Virus record (IMG/VR): IMGVR_UViG_3300005573_001035
Location: 1 to 64,000 of that record
Reading direction: 5' to 3' (one strand)
Source: a virus
Length of the DNA stretch: 64,000 bases
The position numbers and the translations under genes were made by a program. Within the stretch, counting starts at the first letter, position 1. Each line of letters opens with the position of its first letter. The notes below the pieces were generated by a model. The model saw nothing but the letters and a program-made list of their open reading frames with translations, ran no database searches and was not told where the DNA came from. This document shows, one piece after another, positions 38,215 through 48,067 of the stretch.

Positions 38215-39693
38215 TCACTCCTTTCTTTTTGTTACGTTGTTCAGGATCTGCAATGCTTCGGATTTTGAAAGATTCTCGATCTTATTTTTCATAACATCAT
38301 AAAGACGGTATTCAACATCCCATTGTTTCTGATTGTAAACTTTAAGCCTAGTATAGTAAGATGAAGCAATCTCAGCACAGCCAAAATCAACAATATCGAA
38401 AAATACAGGATCTTTCTTCCCAGGATAGATTCTAAGAATCCTTCCACAAAGCTGTTCTACATTTTGAACGGGAGTTGCCATAATGAGACAATCTTTATGA
38501 GGAGCATCAATTCCATCTCGTATCTTTTGGGGAGTTGCAAGAACAATTGGATTATCCAAGTTTTCTAGCGTATCTGCTTGAATGAAGGTAGAAGGATTGA
38601 ATTTTGTAAATAAGTCTACAAGCTTTGTTATAAACTTAATTCTTTCACAAATGAAGAGAATGTTTCGTTCTTTATCAATTGCTGTTCGTAAAAGCTTACA
38701 GCATAGTTTAAAGAAAGCCTCACTTGCGCATAACTTAGTTATATATCTTGGTCTTTGGAATATGTTATTCCAGTATATATACTTGTTGGGTCTTTGTATA
38801 TTAGTAAATTTTCCAAGAATAACCACAATTAGTGGTCTCATAGTGGTTGTTCCTTCTTGGATCTGAAAAACATCACCCAGATGATACTGGATTATATCTG
38901 AATTTCCATCAAATCGATAAGGAGTTGCTGACAATCCATAACTATACTTAGTAGGAATCAAAATAGAGCACTTACTAAAAGTAGGAGCCCCAACGCTCGT
39001 ATGAACCTCATCTGCTATAAACACGCCAAAGCCAGCATCTTTTAGTAAATCTAAGAACTCAGTTCTTCTTTCCTCTTCTTTCAGTTGAGAAATAAAGAAC
39101 TGATCAGTAGTTATTACAATTGGTTTTTGCAATTCCTCAGAAATATTCTTTCTGGATCTTAGAGTTCCAATCTGCTCAGGTTCAATGTTGGTGCAATCTA
39201 GAAATCTGTTAAACCATTGGTCAACCAACTGAGACCGGTGTGTCAGAATAATTGTTTTTAGTTTCCTAGTACAAATCATATGAATAGAAATAACAGTTTT
39301 TCCAGATCCTGGGGGAAGTTGGAGAATTCCATTTTCATTTCGAATAAGGTAATTGTAAGCCAGTTCTTGAGCCTCATCTCGAAGCTTGATCTTGCTTTCC
39401 AACCAAGGAATTTGGACAGGATCTTTTATGTTATCTTCAATGACAAATTCCCCTGAATAGCACTTATGTATCGGGAAATATCTTGGTACCAGAAGATAGT
39501 CTCCATCTTCTTCATAAAACTTGACAATAGAAACATCTTCGCTCGTATATTCCTTAACCGTTCTAGTTAGCATTCTTTTAGCTCTAGAAATAAGTTCTGG
39601 ATATGCATATGGAATTCGGATTCCAGATGTCCTTTCTAGATATATCATTTCATTCTCCAAGTACTGAAAGAGAGACCTTTGTAATTTTCTCAT
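38215..39693 (-). CDS. Superfamily 2 helicase (UvsW/XPB-like)
   Basis: LPPGSGKT, DEVH, GLSATP, DGID, QLCGRILR. Confidence 0.9.
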   Translation of the reverse strand: MRKLQRSLFQYLENEMIYLERTSGIRIPYAYPELISRAKRMLTRTVKEYTSEDVSIVKFYEEDGDYLLVPRYFPIHKCYSGEFVIEDNIKDPVQIPWLESKIKLRDEAQELAYNYLIRNENGILQLPPGSGKTVISIHMICTRKLKTIILTHRSQLVDQWFNRFLDCTNIEPEQIGTLRSRKNISEELQKPIVITTDQFFISQLKEEERRTEFLDLLKDAGFGVFIADEVHTSVGAPTFSKCSILIPTKYSYGLSATPYRFDGNSDIIQYHLGDVFQIQEGTTTMRPLIVVILGKFTNIQRPNKYIYWNNIFQRPRYITKLCASEAFFKLCCKLLRTAIDKERNILFICERIKFITKLVDLFTKFNPSTFIQADTLENLDNPIVLATPQKIRDGIDAPHKDCLIMATPVQNVEQLCGRILRIYPGKKDPVFFDIVDFGCAEIASSYYTRLKVYNQKQWDVEYRLYDVMKNKIENLSKSEALQILNNVTKRKE

Positions 39694-39696
39694 TCT

Positions 39697-40338
39697 TTAC
39701 TTCTGGTTCTGAGCCAATTCGTTGAACCTTCTTTGAAAATATTGTAGCATTTGCTCACTAGTAAGCCTAGCAGAACAATTAGCCGTTTCATATAACTGTA
39801 TAGATTCAAGACCCTTACTTCTTTGTTTTATGACTAATTGATTCCATATCCAGATAAGCATATTCTCGGCGGTTGGATTAAAGGGAATGATATCGTTAAC
39901 TTTCTGATGATCTAGCAAATTAACGATGGTGTTTACCTCTTCTTTAAGAGTAGAAAAATCTAGACTTATTCCGGTATCTCGAACAGGAAGGCAGAAAGCT
40001 ACGTTTAGAATATAAGAATGTCCATGTAGATTTGCGCACTTTCCATCATACTTGTTTAGATAATGCGCAGATTCGAAACGAAATTCTCTTTCCACACTAA
40101 CTCTGGGGGCTAAGTATAAAGATTTGAGACATTCCTTCGAGCATACATATACTATGTTACTCGGAAGGAAATCTAGCTTTGGAGTTAACATGACTCGAGC
40201 CCATGACACATCTGAGATAGAATCGCACCAAAAACATTTCCTTACATCTCTTGTAACTGGACTATCATCAAGCGTCAATCTAGAAAATTCTTGAAAGGCT
40301 GGGGTAAGAAACAAATCAATGCTGTTCATTTGTTCCAT
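39697..40338 (-). CDS. queD: 6-carboxytetrahydropterin synthase with N-terminal Zn-finger
   Basis: FESAHYL...CANLHGHSY, LDF, LDH, PTAEN, YET; N-terminal CFWC...CSKEC. Confidence 0.92.
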   Translation of the reverse strand: MEQMNSIDLFLTPAFQEFSRLTLDDSPVTRDVRKCFWCDSISDVSWARVMLTPKLDFLPSNIVYVCSKECLKSLYLAPRVSVEREFRFESAHYLNKYDGKCANLHGHSYILNVAFCLPVRDTGISLDFSTLKEEVNTIVNLLDHQKVNDIIPFNPTAENMLIWIWNQLVIKQRSKGLESIQLYETANCSARLTSEQMLQYFQRRFNELAQNQK

Positions 40339-40352
40339 GCTATCTTCCCTCC

Positions 40353-41657
40353 TTATAAGATAGTTCTATACAAGTCTAGAACAAAACCATTTAGATCGCC
40401 TAGTTTGGCAGAAAAGTTATCTCTTTTTGTTGCTAGCTCCCCAGAGTCAGTGGAAAGAGTTAGAATCTTCATAATTCGATGCTTCGATATTACAAGTCTT
40501 ATATCATCTTCACTACAACCTGACTTCTGGCATAAAGCCTGAATTGCCAAATTCTGGTTAGAAATACTTGACGAAACCTCTGAGATATAAGGCTTTATCT
40601 TTTCAATGATATCTAACTCACGAATCTGCTCATTAATTTTATTAATTTGGTCTTCTAGGTATATTTTAGTATATTCTTTAAAAACAGAATAACAAGTTAA
40701 TAGCATCTCATCTGGAGATACCAATCTAATATTTTTCTTGTCCTTATCTACTACGTAACATTCAAACTGAATGCTTCCTTCCAAGATAGAGTCGAGAGTC
40801 TTAACCAAAGATTCTAAGATCTCGCTTTTATTTCTTTGTCTTATTACTTGGAAGGTTATTTTTGTTGAGGTTGTTGACTCGTCTAAGTAACCAATATCTT
40901 TTCTATTGAGAAATTCGGAAAGTTTGTTTAGCAAAGTTTCAAATCTTCTTCCATCTGGCCATGAGTAAAGGGTTATTCTAGCTTTGGCTTCATCGACTTC
41001 GTACCTGCCTCTGACCTTAATTGTTGCCTTTCCCTTGGTTAGAAGTTGCTCAAGGTCTGATTCTGAGGAAATAATATCGCAATCTGAAATCGGCTTTATT
41101 GTTGGTCTCGTTTTTCTTTCCCCAATTAACCACAGCAATCTTTCAAATAGATCTTCTATCTTGTAACAAGGAATCAGAGTTCTGTATCCAAACCCAATGC
41201 CCACTGTGTATTCCCGACCCATGAGGCAAAAGGGAAACATGGTAGGCAAGAATTTTGGTTCTTTATCTAATTCGGATTCTTCCATCGGAACGTAATCAAT
41301 ATAGGAAAAAGCCATGGTTTGAATCTTTTTATTTAACTTAGCTTCTGTATATCTCATTGCTGCGGCTGGAGTTTCTTCAATACCCACGTTAGTTCCCCAG
41401 TTTCCCTGCCCATCTACAAAACCCTGATGGACGAGCTGAACTAAGCTAGAATATGACGATCCATGGGGATGATAATGGCCAAGACAATGTCCATCAATTC
41501 TAGCGGATTTTACAAACTTATCCCTAGCTATCTCATAAACGGAAAGAAGTAATCGTCTTTCGACTGGTTTTAGGCCATCAATAATGTACGGAAATGCTCG
41601 AAATGTGTTAATGTATCTTCCATAACTCCGGTAAAAGTTCTTAACAATCTTTTCCAC
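40353..41657 (-). CDS. gyrA: Type IIA topoisomerase A subunit lacking the C-terminal domain
   Basis: DGLKPVERR, KSAR, YHPHG, GQGNWG, AAMRYTE; only 434 aa. Confidence 0.92.
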   Translation of the reverse strand: MEKIVKNFYRSYGRYINTFRAFPYIIDGLKPVERRLLLSVYEIARDKFVKSARIDGHCLGHYHPHGSSYSSLVQLVHQGFVDGQGNWGTNVGIEETPAAAMRYTEAKLNKKIQTMAFSYIDYVPMEESELDKEPKFLPTMFPFCLMGREYTVGIGFGYRTLIPCYKIEDLFERLLWLIGERKTRPTIKPISDCDIISSESDLEQLLTKGKATIKVRGRYEVDEAKARITLYSWPDGRRFETLLNKLSEFLNRKDIGYLDESTTSTKITFQVIRQRNKSEILESLVKTLDSILEGSIQFECYVVDKDKKNIRLVSPDEMLLTCYSVFKEYTKIYLEDQINKINEQIRELDIIEKIKPYISEVSSSISNQNLAIQALCQKSGCSEDDIRLVISKHRIMKILTLSTDSGELATKRDNFSAKLGDLNGFVLDLYRTIL

Positions 41658-43435
41658 TAGAATTCCTCCTCGCTATCTTGCTCTGCAAGAAGTTCTTTTT
41701 TCTTTTCCACAGATGAAAACAATTTTAAGATATCATCTAAATTAGACGGAAATGAAACAGGGATTAATTTTCTACCTGGTTCTAGAGCAACTTTCTTTAG
41801 TTGATGAGGAGAAAATTCTCCCAGCCCTTTAAACCTAGTTATTGTCCGATTTGCCGCTCTAGCTTGACTTAATTGATTGACATCCCAAAGAGGAATAAAT
41901 GTTTTCTTCTCATTGATTGCATACAGAGGAGTTACACAGATATAAAGCTTACCGCTTTTAATGATCTCAGGCATTAAGACAGAAAACATGGCTAAAAGCA
42001 AACAACATATATGCTTTCCATCCTCGTCATAATCAGAAAGAATTATAACTTTATCATATCTCAGCTTAGATATATCCATGTTGGGAACAATCCCCGTTCC
42101 CACTGCCTGAATAATTTCGGAGATCTCGTTATTGGAAAGAAGGTCTTTCTTCGTTACTACAGACGGTATTTTTCCTTTGAGGGGCATCACAGCGTGGATC
42201 TTAGGGTCTCGACACTGGAGAAGAGATCCAGCAGCACTTTGTCCCTCGACAATAAAAAGCTCCCCATCCCTATGGCTACAATCTCTAAGCCGAGTAAACT
42301 TGGTCAAGTATCTTTTATTTCCTACATCTCCAATGACTTTCTTTGAATTTAGCTTTGCTCGATAATCTGCGAAGTGTTGAAGAAGAATATCTAATTGGTC
42401 TGGATTCTTTGAAAAGAATGCTTCTAGTTGTCTTTGCAAAGGAGAGAATAGATGCTCTAATTCTTGCTTCTGGTTAATTAGTCGATCTTTGGTTTGGCCG
42501 CTAAAAGATGGATTTTCTAGAAGCAAATGCAAATGCGCTCTTAAACCAAAGAAAATATCTCCGGCTAGGAAATTGAATTTCTTAGAATTCTTTCCAAGAA
42601 CGTTCTTCAATACGTCTTGAAACATCAAAATATGAGTTCCTCCCTCTACTGGGAGCAAGTTTACGTTGGATTTAATTTTTGGTGTCTGGGACCCAGTTAA
42701 ATTATAACATAAGAGAACGAAAATAGATTCTGACCCGCTCTTATGAGAAATAGAAATGATAGAAGAAAACTCATCGTTGGCATCCAGGTCTCTTTTAAAG
42801 ATTTCTTCTTTGGTGCAGGTAATAGAAGAGAGTTTTGAGTTCACATTGTACAGAAAGTTAACTCCTGGAAAGTGAGCTGCCGCAAGTTCTAATCTGTCTT
42901 TAATAAAATCCGTATTAGGAACCAGAGATGAAAAGTACTTTTCGCTTGGAATAAACGTCACTCGAGTTGAGTAAGGAATCTTTCCGGTGTAAGGTTCTTC
43001 AATTTTTTGGAGCAACTTGGAAAAGACATACTCATAGTAACATCTTTTACCATCTCGAAATACCTCCACAATAAATTTCTTGCTCAAAGCATTTACGGCA
43101 ACTAATCCCACACCATGCATACCTAAGCTAATTTTGTAAGCTGTCTTTTTTCCTTTAAACTTGGCTCCAGAAAACAACTTACTACAAACTGTATCAATTT
43201 GAGTTAAGGGAATTCCTCGACCATTATCGTAAATAGAATAAGTGAAATTTGCAGAATCTATGTCAAGAAGTATAATCGTGGCATACCCTGCTTCGGCCTC
43301 ATCTAGAGCATTATCTAAGATCTCTTCTACCAGAGAGGTTGGGTCTGACGTATCTCCAACATACATTCCCGGATTGGTCTGAATGTGCTCAATTTCTGAT
43401 AGAACTTGTATGTCCTTGTCTGTGTAAGATACCAC
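41657..43435 (-). CDS. gyrB: Type IIA topoisomerase B subunit
   Basis: PGMYVG, EILDNALDE, DNGRGIP, GMHGVG, IVEGQSA, PLKGK, DYDEDG, RFKGLGE. Likely GTG start at 43435 (SD AAGGAGG). Confidence 0.95.
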   Translation of the reverse strand: MVSYTDKDIQVLSEIEHIQTNPGMYVGDTSDPTSLVEEILDNALDEAEAGYATIILLDIDSANFTYSIYDNGRGIPLTQIDTVCSKLFSGAKFKGKKTAYKISLGMHGVGLVAVNALSKKFIVEVFRDGKRCYYEYVFSKLLQKIEEPYTGKIPYSTRVTFIPSEKYFSSLVPNTDFIKDRLELAAAHFPGVNFLYNVNSKLSSITCTKEEIFKRDLDANDEFSSIISISHKSGSESIFVLLCYNLTGSQTPKIKSNVNLLPVEGGTHILMFQDVLKNVLGKNSKKFNFLAGDIFFGLRAHLHLLLENPSFSGQTKDRLINQKQELEHLFSPLQRQLEAFFSKNPDQLDILLQHFADYRAKLNSKKVIGDVGNKRYLTKFTRLRDCSHRDGELFIVEGQSAAGSLLQCRDPKIHAVMPLKGKIPSVVTKKDLLSNNEISEIIQAVGTGIVPNMDISKLRYDKVIILSDYDEDGKHICCLLLAMFSVLMPEIIKSGKLYICVTPLYAINEKKTFIPLWDVNQLSQARAANRTITRFKGLGEFSPHQLKKVALEPGRKLIPVSFPSNLDDILKLFSSVEKKKELLAEQDSEEEF

Positions 43436-43461
43436 TCGTATCCTCCTTCCCCATATATACG

Positions 43462-43534
43462 AAAAAATAGAGAGAAGCAAGAGGAGTTTAGTTGCTTAGA
43501 AAATCTAGCCCTCTCCCTCTTGCTTCTCTTTTTT
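43462..43534. terminator. 14-bp perfect inverted repeat with T-runs on both sides
   Basis: AGAGAAGCAAGAGG (43471-84) / CCTCTTGCTTCTCT (43516-29), immediately after the SSB-like gene. Confidence 0.5.
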
Positions 43535-43537
43535 CAT

Positions 43538-44488
43538 CTAGAATGGAATATCATCATCCCCTGCTATCATAGCATCTATGTCGATTCCAAGACCCCTCTT
43601 CTTAGGTTTAGAGGTAGGCGGTGGAGACACCGATGGAATTGGCGGAGGAGGAGTGGGTTCTGGACCGGGCTTGCTTGTTTCACTCTCTATGGGAGGAACG
43701 ATCTCTTGAGGAGGGGTATCTTCTAGAGTGCTAGAATCTATATAGCCAGAAGACATGTTCTGGCTCCAATCAAATTTCTGGTCAAACTTAGAAACCAACG
43801 ACGTAGCCATCTTCAATAGATCTTGAATTTGCTCCTTATCTAACTCTTTTACTTTCTCCAAGTGAAAACAGTCTTTATCTCCAAATCTAGTTGGAACTTT
43901 TCCAACTCGAATTCTAGTTAGAAATCGTCTTGTATTCACAGAGCTTCTTTCCAGAGCATCATCATGACTTGATACTAGATGCAGCAATGGCTCTGCTTGA
44001 TAAATTTCAGATAAGTATTCATTTACTGGGCCGTACTTAATGCCTTTAGCTCGAATGAAGATAAAGACTGGCTTACCAGACTCATCGAGAATTACATCTC
44101 CATCTGGCTTGGTCAATAAACCAGCAACTATGAGATTAGATCTACATGGTCTGCAATACTCGACTGCCGCTCTTGCCTGAGAATTCTTTCCGCATTGCAA
44201 ACCACTAGTCCCAAAGTATGGAGGATTGCCTTTTCGGTAGCTAAAACACTCAATCCTGGTTTGATTTGGATTGTTTGGATCCGGAACTTCTTTAACTAGG
44301 ATCTGCTTAATGAATAGGATCGCCATGTAAACTTCGGATAGATTATAATCGAAGCCCCTGATCTGTAGTTTCCCAGGAACCTCCACGATTCCCTTGTGAT
44401 TGGTTCTGCTAGCTCCGGAGATGTACACACTCTTCCAGAATTCCTCTTCTGGTGCAATCTGCTTCCGGCTGGTAACATCTTGATACAT
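43538..44488 (-). CDS. Putative single-stranded DNA-binding protein
   Basis: Cys-containing core, Pro-rich linker and acidic tail DDDIPF; sits next to the topoisomerase genes. Confidence 0.6.
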   Translation of the reverse strand: MYQDVTSRKQIAPEEEFWKSVYISGASRTNHKGIVEVPGKLQIRGFDYNLSEVYMAILFIKQILVKEVPDPNNPNQTRIECFSYRKGNPPYFGTSGLQCGKNSQARAAVEYCRPCRSNLIVAGLLTKPDGDVILDESGKPVFIFIRAKGIKYGPVNEYLSEIYQAEPLLHLVSSHDDALERSSVNTRRFLTRIRVGKVPTRFGDKDCFHLEKVKELDKEQIQDLLKMATSLVSKFDQKFDWSQNMSSGYIDSSTLEDTPPQEIVPPIESETSKPGPEPTPPPPIPSVSPPPTSKPKKRGLGIDIDAMIAGDDDIPF

Positions 44489-44499
44489 TTTTCATCTCC

Positions 44500-45066
44500 T
44501 TATCTTGTGGGTTTGAGTACAAAATCTGAGTAGCTGTAGGTGCCATTCGGCAAAAGAATTATATAGAACTCCTCGTTAAACCAGCATTGGATTTGATACT
44601 CGGCGAGTTTGTCAGAACTAAATTCTTTCTTAACTTTGCTCTCGAATTGAGAGGTGTCAATTCTAGATGTGAAGAAAGACGTGAAGATTCGAACTTTATT
44701 AGAAGTAATTGGTCCTCTCATCAATTTTGTGTGAGGGCAATACGCTACAAACGTAATTCCGCTTTGAACGGGATAGAAAATCTCATTCTTAACGAAGTAC
44801 ATTCCTGTATCTAAATCTTTAACTATTCGTTCTGCTTCTTGAATTCTTTGAATTGAGGTATGAATCCTACACATACTTTGGTCTGGTCTTGAGATGCTTT
44901 GGCAATCTGAACAATCTTCAGGTTTGATATCAAATAAATCGTAGTTTTTAACTTCCCTAAGCCTTAAGATCTTCGATCGATTGAGAAGAAATTTAACCAG
45001 CGTTATCGGATATATGATCCCATCCAGTTTGTTCTTGCAAAAATCTTCCGCTTTAATTTCATACAT
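44500..45066 (-). CDS. Hypothetical protein with CxxC...CxxH
   Basis: SD GGAGG; CSDC...CRIH. Confidence 0.65.
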   Translation of the reverse strand: MYEIKAEDFCKNKLDGIIYPITLVKFLLNRSKILRLREVKNYDLFDIKPEDCSDCQSISRPDQSMCRIHTSIQRIQEAERIVKDLDTGMYFVKNEIFYPVQSGITFVAYCPHTKLMRGPITSNKVRIFTSFFTSRIDTSQFESKVKKEFSSDKLAEYQIQCWFNEEFYIILLPNGTYSYSDFVLKPTR

Positions 45067-45234
45067 GATATGTTACCTCCCTTTCGTAAAGTTCATAACA
45101 AGTTATCCCTTTTTCGTAATCGAAAGTAGATCCAACTATTTGCCTCCTTTCCAGTTACTTTTCTTTTTCTAGCTATTCTCTCTGGTATGTATATCACATT
45201 TTCTCATTCCTCCTTTCTTTCCCTACAACGAATT

Positions 45235-45454
45235 TTTCGAACAAAAAATCTGCATTATATTAGATTCTAATCTCTCCCATCATCACCATTGAGGGGGGGA
45301 TCAAAAAAGATCGCCCTCAATGGCGATGACAGGAGAGACATGTAAATTTCGAACAAAAAATCTACAAAACTTACTCTAAAAATCAAGACTATTGAAGATC
45401 TAGGCTAAAAGAGGCCAAAAGAAAGACCTCTCTTAGGCTAGACCTTCAATGGTC
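45235..45454. repeat. Two identical 17-nt direct repeats alternating with two long related hairpins
   Basis: TTTCGAACAAAAAATCT at 45235 and 45347; hairpins at 45271-45338 and 45387-45454. Confidence 0.8.
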
Positions 45455-45520
45455 CTACGAATTTCCAATAATTAATATATAAAGTTAATGGCTTCCAAAA
45501 CAGAATAATTCTAGTAGAAA

Positions 45521-45826
45521 CTAACTAACTTCTTCAGAATTACTAGCTACATTTTGCTCAGATTTCTTCTCTGGAGGAGAAGGTATATTGACCTGAACCG
45601 GTCTAAGAGGATTATCAAGATCAAAAACCACATTCGCAGAAGGGGAGGGATTTAGATCGCATAGAAGCCTCTTCATAGCCGGAGGGAAATCTGGATCATC
45701 ATACGTGAGAGTAAGCCTAGATTTAAACGTAAAATGGACTCCATCTGAGGTTTCTTGGACACCAAGAAACTGGCTTCTTTCACATTCAGCTACGAAACTC
45801 CCTTTCTTAATGGTTATCTTGCTCAT
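45521..45826 (-). CDS. Hypothetical protein
   Basis: SD AAGGAGG; last gene of the RNAP set 2 run. Confidence 0.65.
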   Translation of the reverse strand: MSKITIKKGSFVAECERSQFLGVQETSDGVHFTFKSRLTLTYDDPDFPPAMKRLLCDLNPSPSANVVFDLDNPLRPVQVNIPSPPEKKSEQNVASNSEEVS

Positions 45827-46445
45827 TTTTCACCTGGCCTCCTTTTTCTATGTTTTCTTCTAAAACAAACGGAAATTCTTCTGAGTTTAAATCCATCCTC
45901 CGAAACAAATAATTTAAGATAACTATAGACTTATTTGTTCTTAGAACATAACTAATAAGGGGATTTCTAATCTTGGGTAACAAGAAAGAAAGCATTTCAT
46001 AGATCTTTGTAAACATTTGAGAATCAATCTCATTCTTTTCGATCCAATTTCGATTAGCTCGAATAGATTTCCAAATTGGATATACCAAGTCCATATCTAA
46101 GCCATCTTCCCAATATACAATGCTTCTAATAATAAATTCTGCAGCGCTTTTATCAGCTATGGTAAGAAAGTCTAAGTTTGCTAATCCATATTTCTGCAAC
46201 CAAGCTTCATACAAACAATTGGCTAGTTTAATCCTACTTTCTTCATCCATCCAACCAAAGATCACATCATATAGGGCTTCGTAAGTTGGAATAAAATCTT
46301 TGCTTGCTAGAGCATCTTGGAGTTGAGAAATATAGAGATCTTGTAAGCTTTGGTTAGCAATGTCATATGAATCAGAATCTTCATCATCTCGATAGGGATC
46401 TTGTGGAGTATCTAACCATATGGAGTCAATTTTTGTTATTTCCAT
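45807..46445 (-). CDS. Acidic hypothetical protein
   Basis: SD AAGGAG; directly downstream of beta-C. Confidence 0.7.
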   Translation of the reverse strand: MEITKIDSIWLDTPQDPYRDDEDSDSYDIANQSLQDLYISQLQDALASKDFIPTYEALYDVIFGWMDEESRIKLANCLYEAWLQKYGLANLDFLTIADKSAAEFIIRSIVYWEDGLDMDLVYPIWKSIRANRNWIEKNEIDSQMFTKIYEMLSFLLPKIRNPLISYVLRTNKSIVILNYLFRRMDLNSEEFPFVLEENIEKGGQVKNEQDNH

Positions 46446-46477
46446 TTGTTTTTTTGGCTCCTTTCTAACCCCGGCTC

Positions 46478-48043
46478 TTAGCCGGTTAACATGATACTTG
46501 TTAAATATGCTTTGAGCAATTCTTTAGGAGTATTTGTCTTTGCCTCAACAAAAGACGAATGTCCTGTTTGGATTATGTTACTAATAATTTCATTTTTTGA
46601 TACAACATCGTCCGCTATTGGACCAAAGAACTCACTCAAAAGAGCTAAACAATTGTATCCAATGAGAACATACGTCTCAGCCTCGCCTAGTCTCTGACCC
46701 CCACCTCTCGATTTTCCTGCTACTGGTTGCCTAGTTTTAGATGTATACAATCCAGTGGACCTAGCATGGACCTTGAACTCAGCAATATGTTCTAGTTTAT
46801 TAATATACATGTAACCCACAGGAACTGGGTAGTATGTTTTTTGGTTATCATAACATGGTAGCACTAGGTGGTATTTTGTTTGTAACCCAGCCGCTTTCAA
46901 AGCAAGTAAAATCTCCTTATACGTAGGAGCTTTAAATGGCGGAATAAGAATAGGAAAAAATTCAAACTTTTTTGTTTGTTCTAGTAACTCCCTAAATTGA
47001 GAGGGAGAAGAGGTTTGAATGAAACGAATTACCGAACTAGAATAACGCTGATTTGGAGTCTTATCTAATAAGGGAAGAATTAAACTAACAATTCTTTCTA
47101 CATTTTGTTTAGTGGGGCTAGATAGAATCTTTCTTGCCATCCATTTAGAAAGAAGGCCCACATAGAGTTCATAAAGCTGACCCACATTCATTCTATTAAC
47201 AATGCCAAGGGGGTTTAAGATAAGCTCAACTCTTTCTCCCCACGGAGTTATAGGCATAGAGTCTTCATCTTCAATCAAGGCAATCGTCCCTTTGTTACCA
47301 TGACGATTAGAGAGTTTGTCCCCAGTGGTTATATTTAGCTGGAATCTAAGATAGAATTTCAATAGGGTCTTTTCTAATTTCTCCCCCTTGTTAGTTAGAA
47401 TTTGAGAAGGACTGATATTATATCTTTTTCTCGTCTCTTGTGACAAACCATGTAAGATAGGTGGAGGATTGTTACTGAAACAATCAATTTGCATAATAAA
47501 CCCACCTGGACTTTTCTTCACATAGAGTCCAGATTCCATTTCTTCTAATTCTTCTTCTGAGACTTGAAAGATAGATTCTAGATTACCAGGAACTTTCTTC
47601 AATAATGGTTCGCCTTTTTTGGTATCCGTTCCTTCTGGAACAATGTACACAACTCGATCATCTGGTTCAATTTCTTCTTCGATAACCAAGGAGTGGTAAG
47701 AAACCAACTTTTGTTGCTCAACTACTGAGCTGCTAATCACAATGGCATCTTCGAAGTTATAACCCTTGTACGGCATTATAGCGGTTAGAAAGTTTCTTCC
47801 TGTACTAATGCTTCCATAAGATACGCATGCCCCCTCAGCAATGATCTGGTTCTTTTGAACGATCTCTCCTGGAGACACAACAGGATGAAAAACAGATAGC
47901 GTATGCTTTCCACTCCCACTTCGTAGTATAGTAGGTCTTATATCAATAGAAATCCTATTGCTAGCGGATAGGCCATCTTTTTGAGATGGGGAGTATCGAA
48001 CTTGCTCAATAAGACCGTCCTGTTGTTGTGTTTCTTCTAACAC
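46478..48043 (-). CDS. rpoB: RNA polymerase beta-like subunit, C-terminal part (set 2)
   Basis: GYNFEDAIVIS, GDKLSNRHGNKG, NPLGIVNRMNVGQ, HARSTG, GGQRLGEAE. Confidence 0.93.
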   Translation of the reverse strand: MLEETQQQDGLIEQVRYSPSQKDGLSASNRISIDIRPTILRSGSGKHTLSVFHPVVSPGEIVQKNQIIAEGACVSYGSISTGRNFLTAIMPYKGYNFEDAIVISSSVVEQQKLVSYHSLVIEEEIEPDDRVVYIVPEGTDTKKGEPLLKKVPGNLESIFQVSEEELEEMESGLYVKKSPGGFIMQIDCFSNNPPPILHGLSQETRKRYNISPSQILTNKGEKLEKTLLKFYLRFQLNITTGDKLSNRHGNKGTIALIEDEDSMPITPWGERVELILNPLGIVNRMNVGQLYELYVGLLSKWMARKILSSPTKQNVERIVSLILPLLDKTPNQRYSSSVIRFIQTSSPSQFRELLEQTKKFEFFPILIPPFKAPTYKEILLALKAAGLQTKYHLVLPCYDNQKTYYPVPVGYMYINKLEHIAEFKVHARSTGLYTSKTRQPVAGKSRGGGQRLGEAETYVLIGYNCLALLSEFFGPIADDVVSKNEIISNIIQTGHSSFVEAKTNTPKELLKAYLTSIMLTG

Positions 48044-48067
48044 CTTAGTTTGGTTCTCCTCTCTTTT

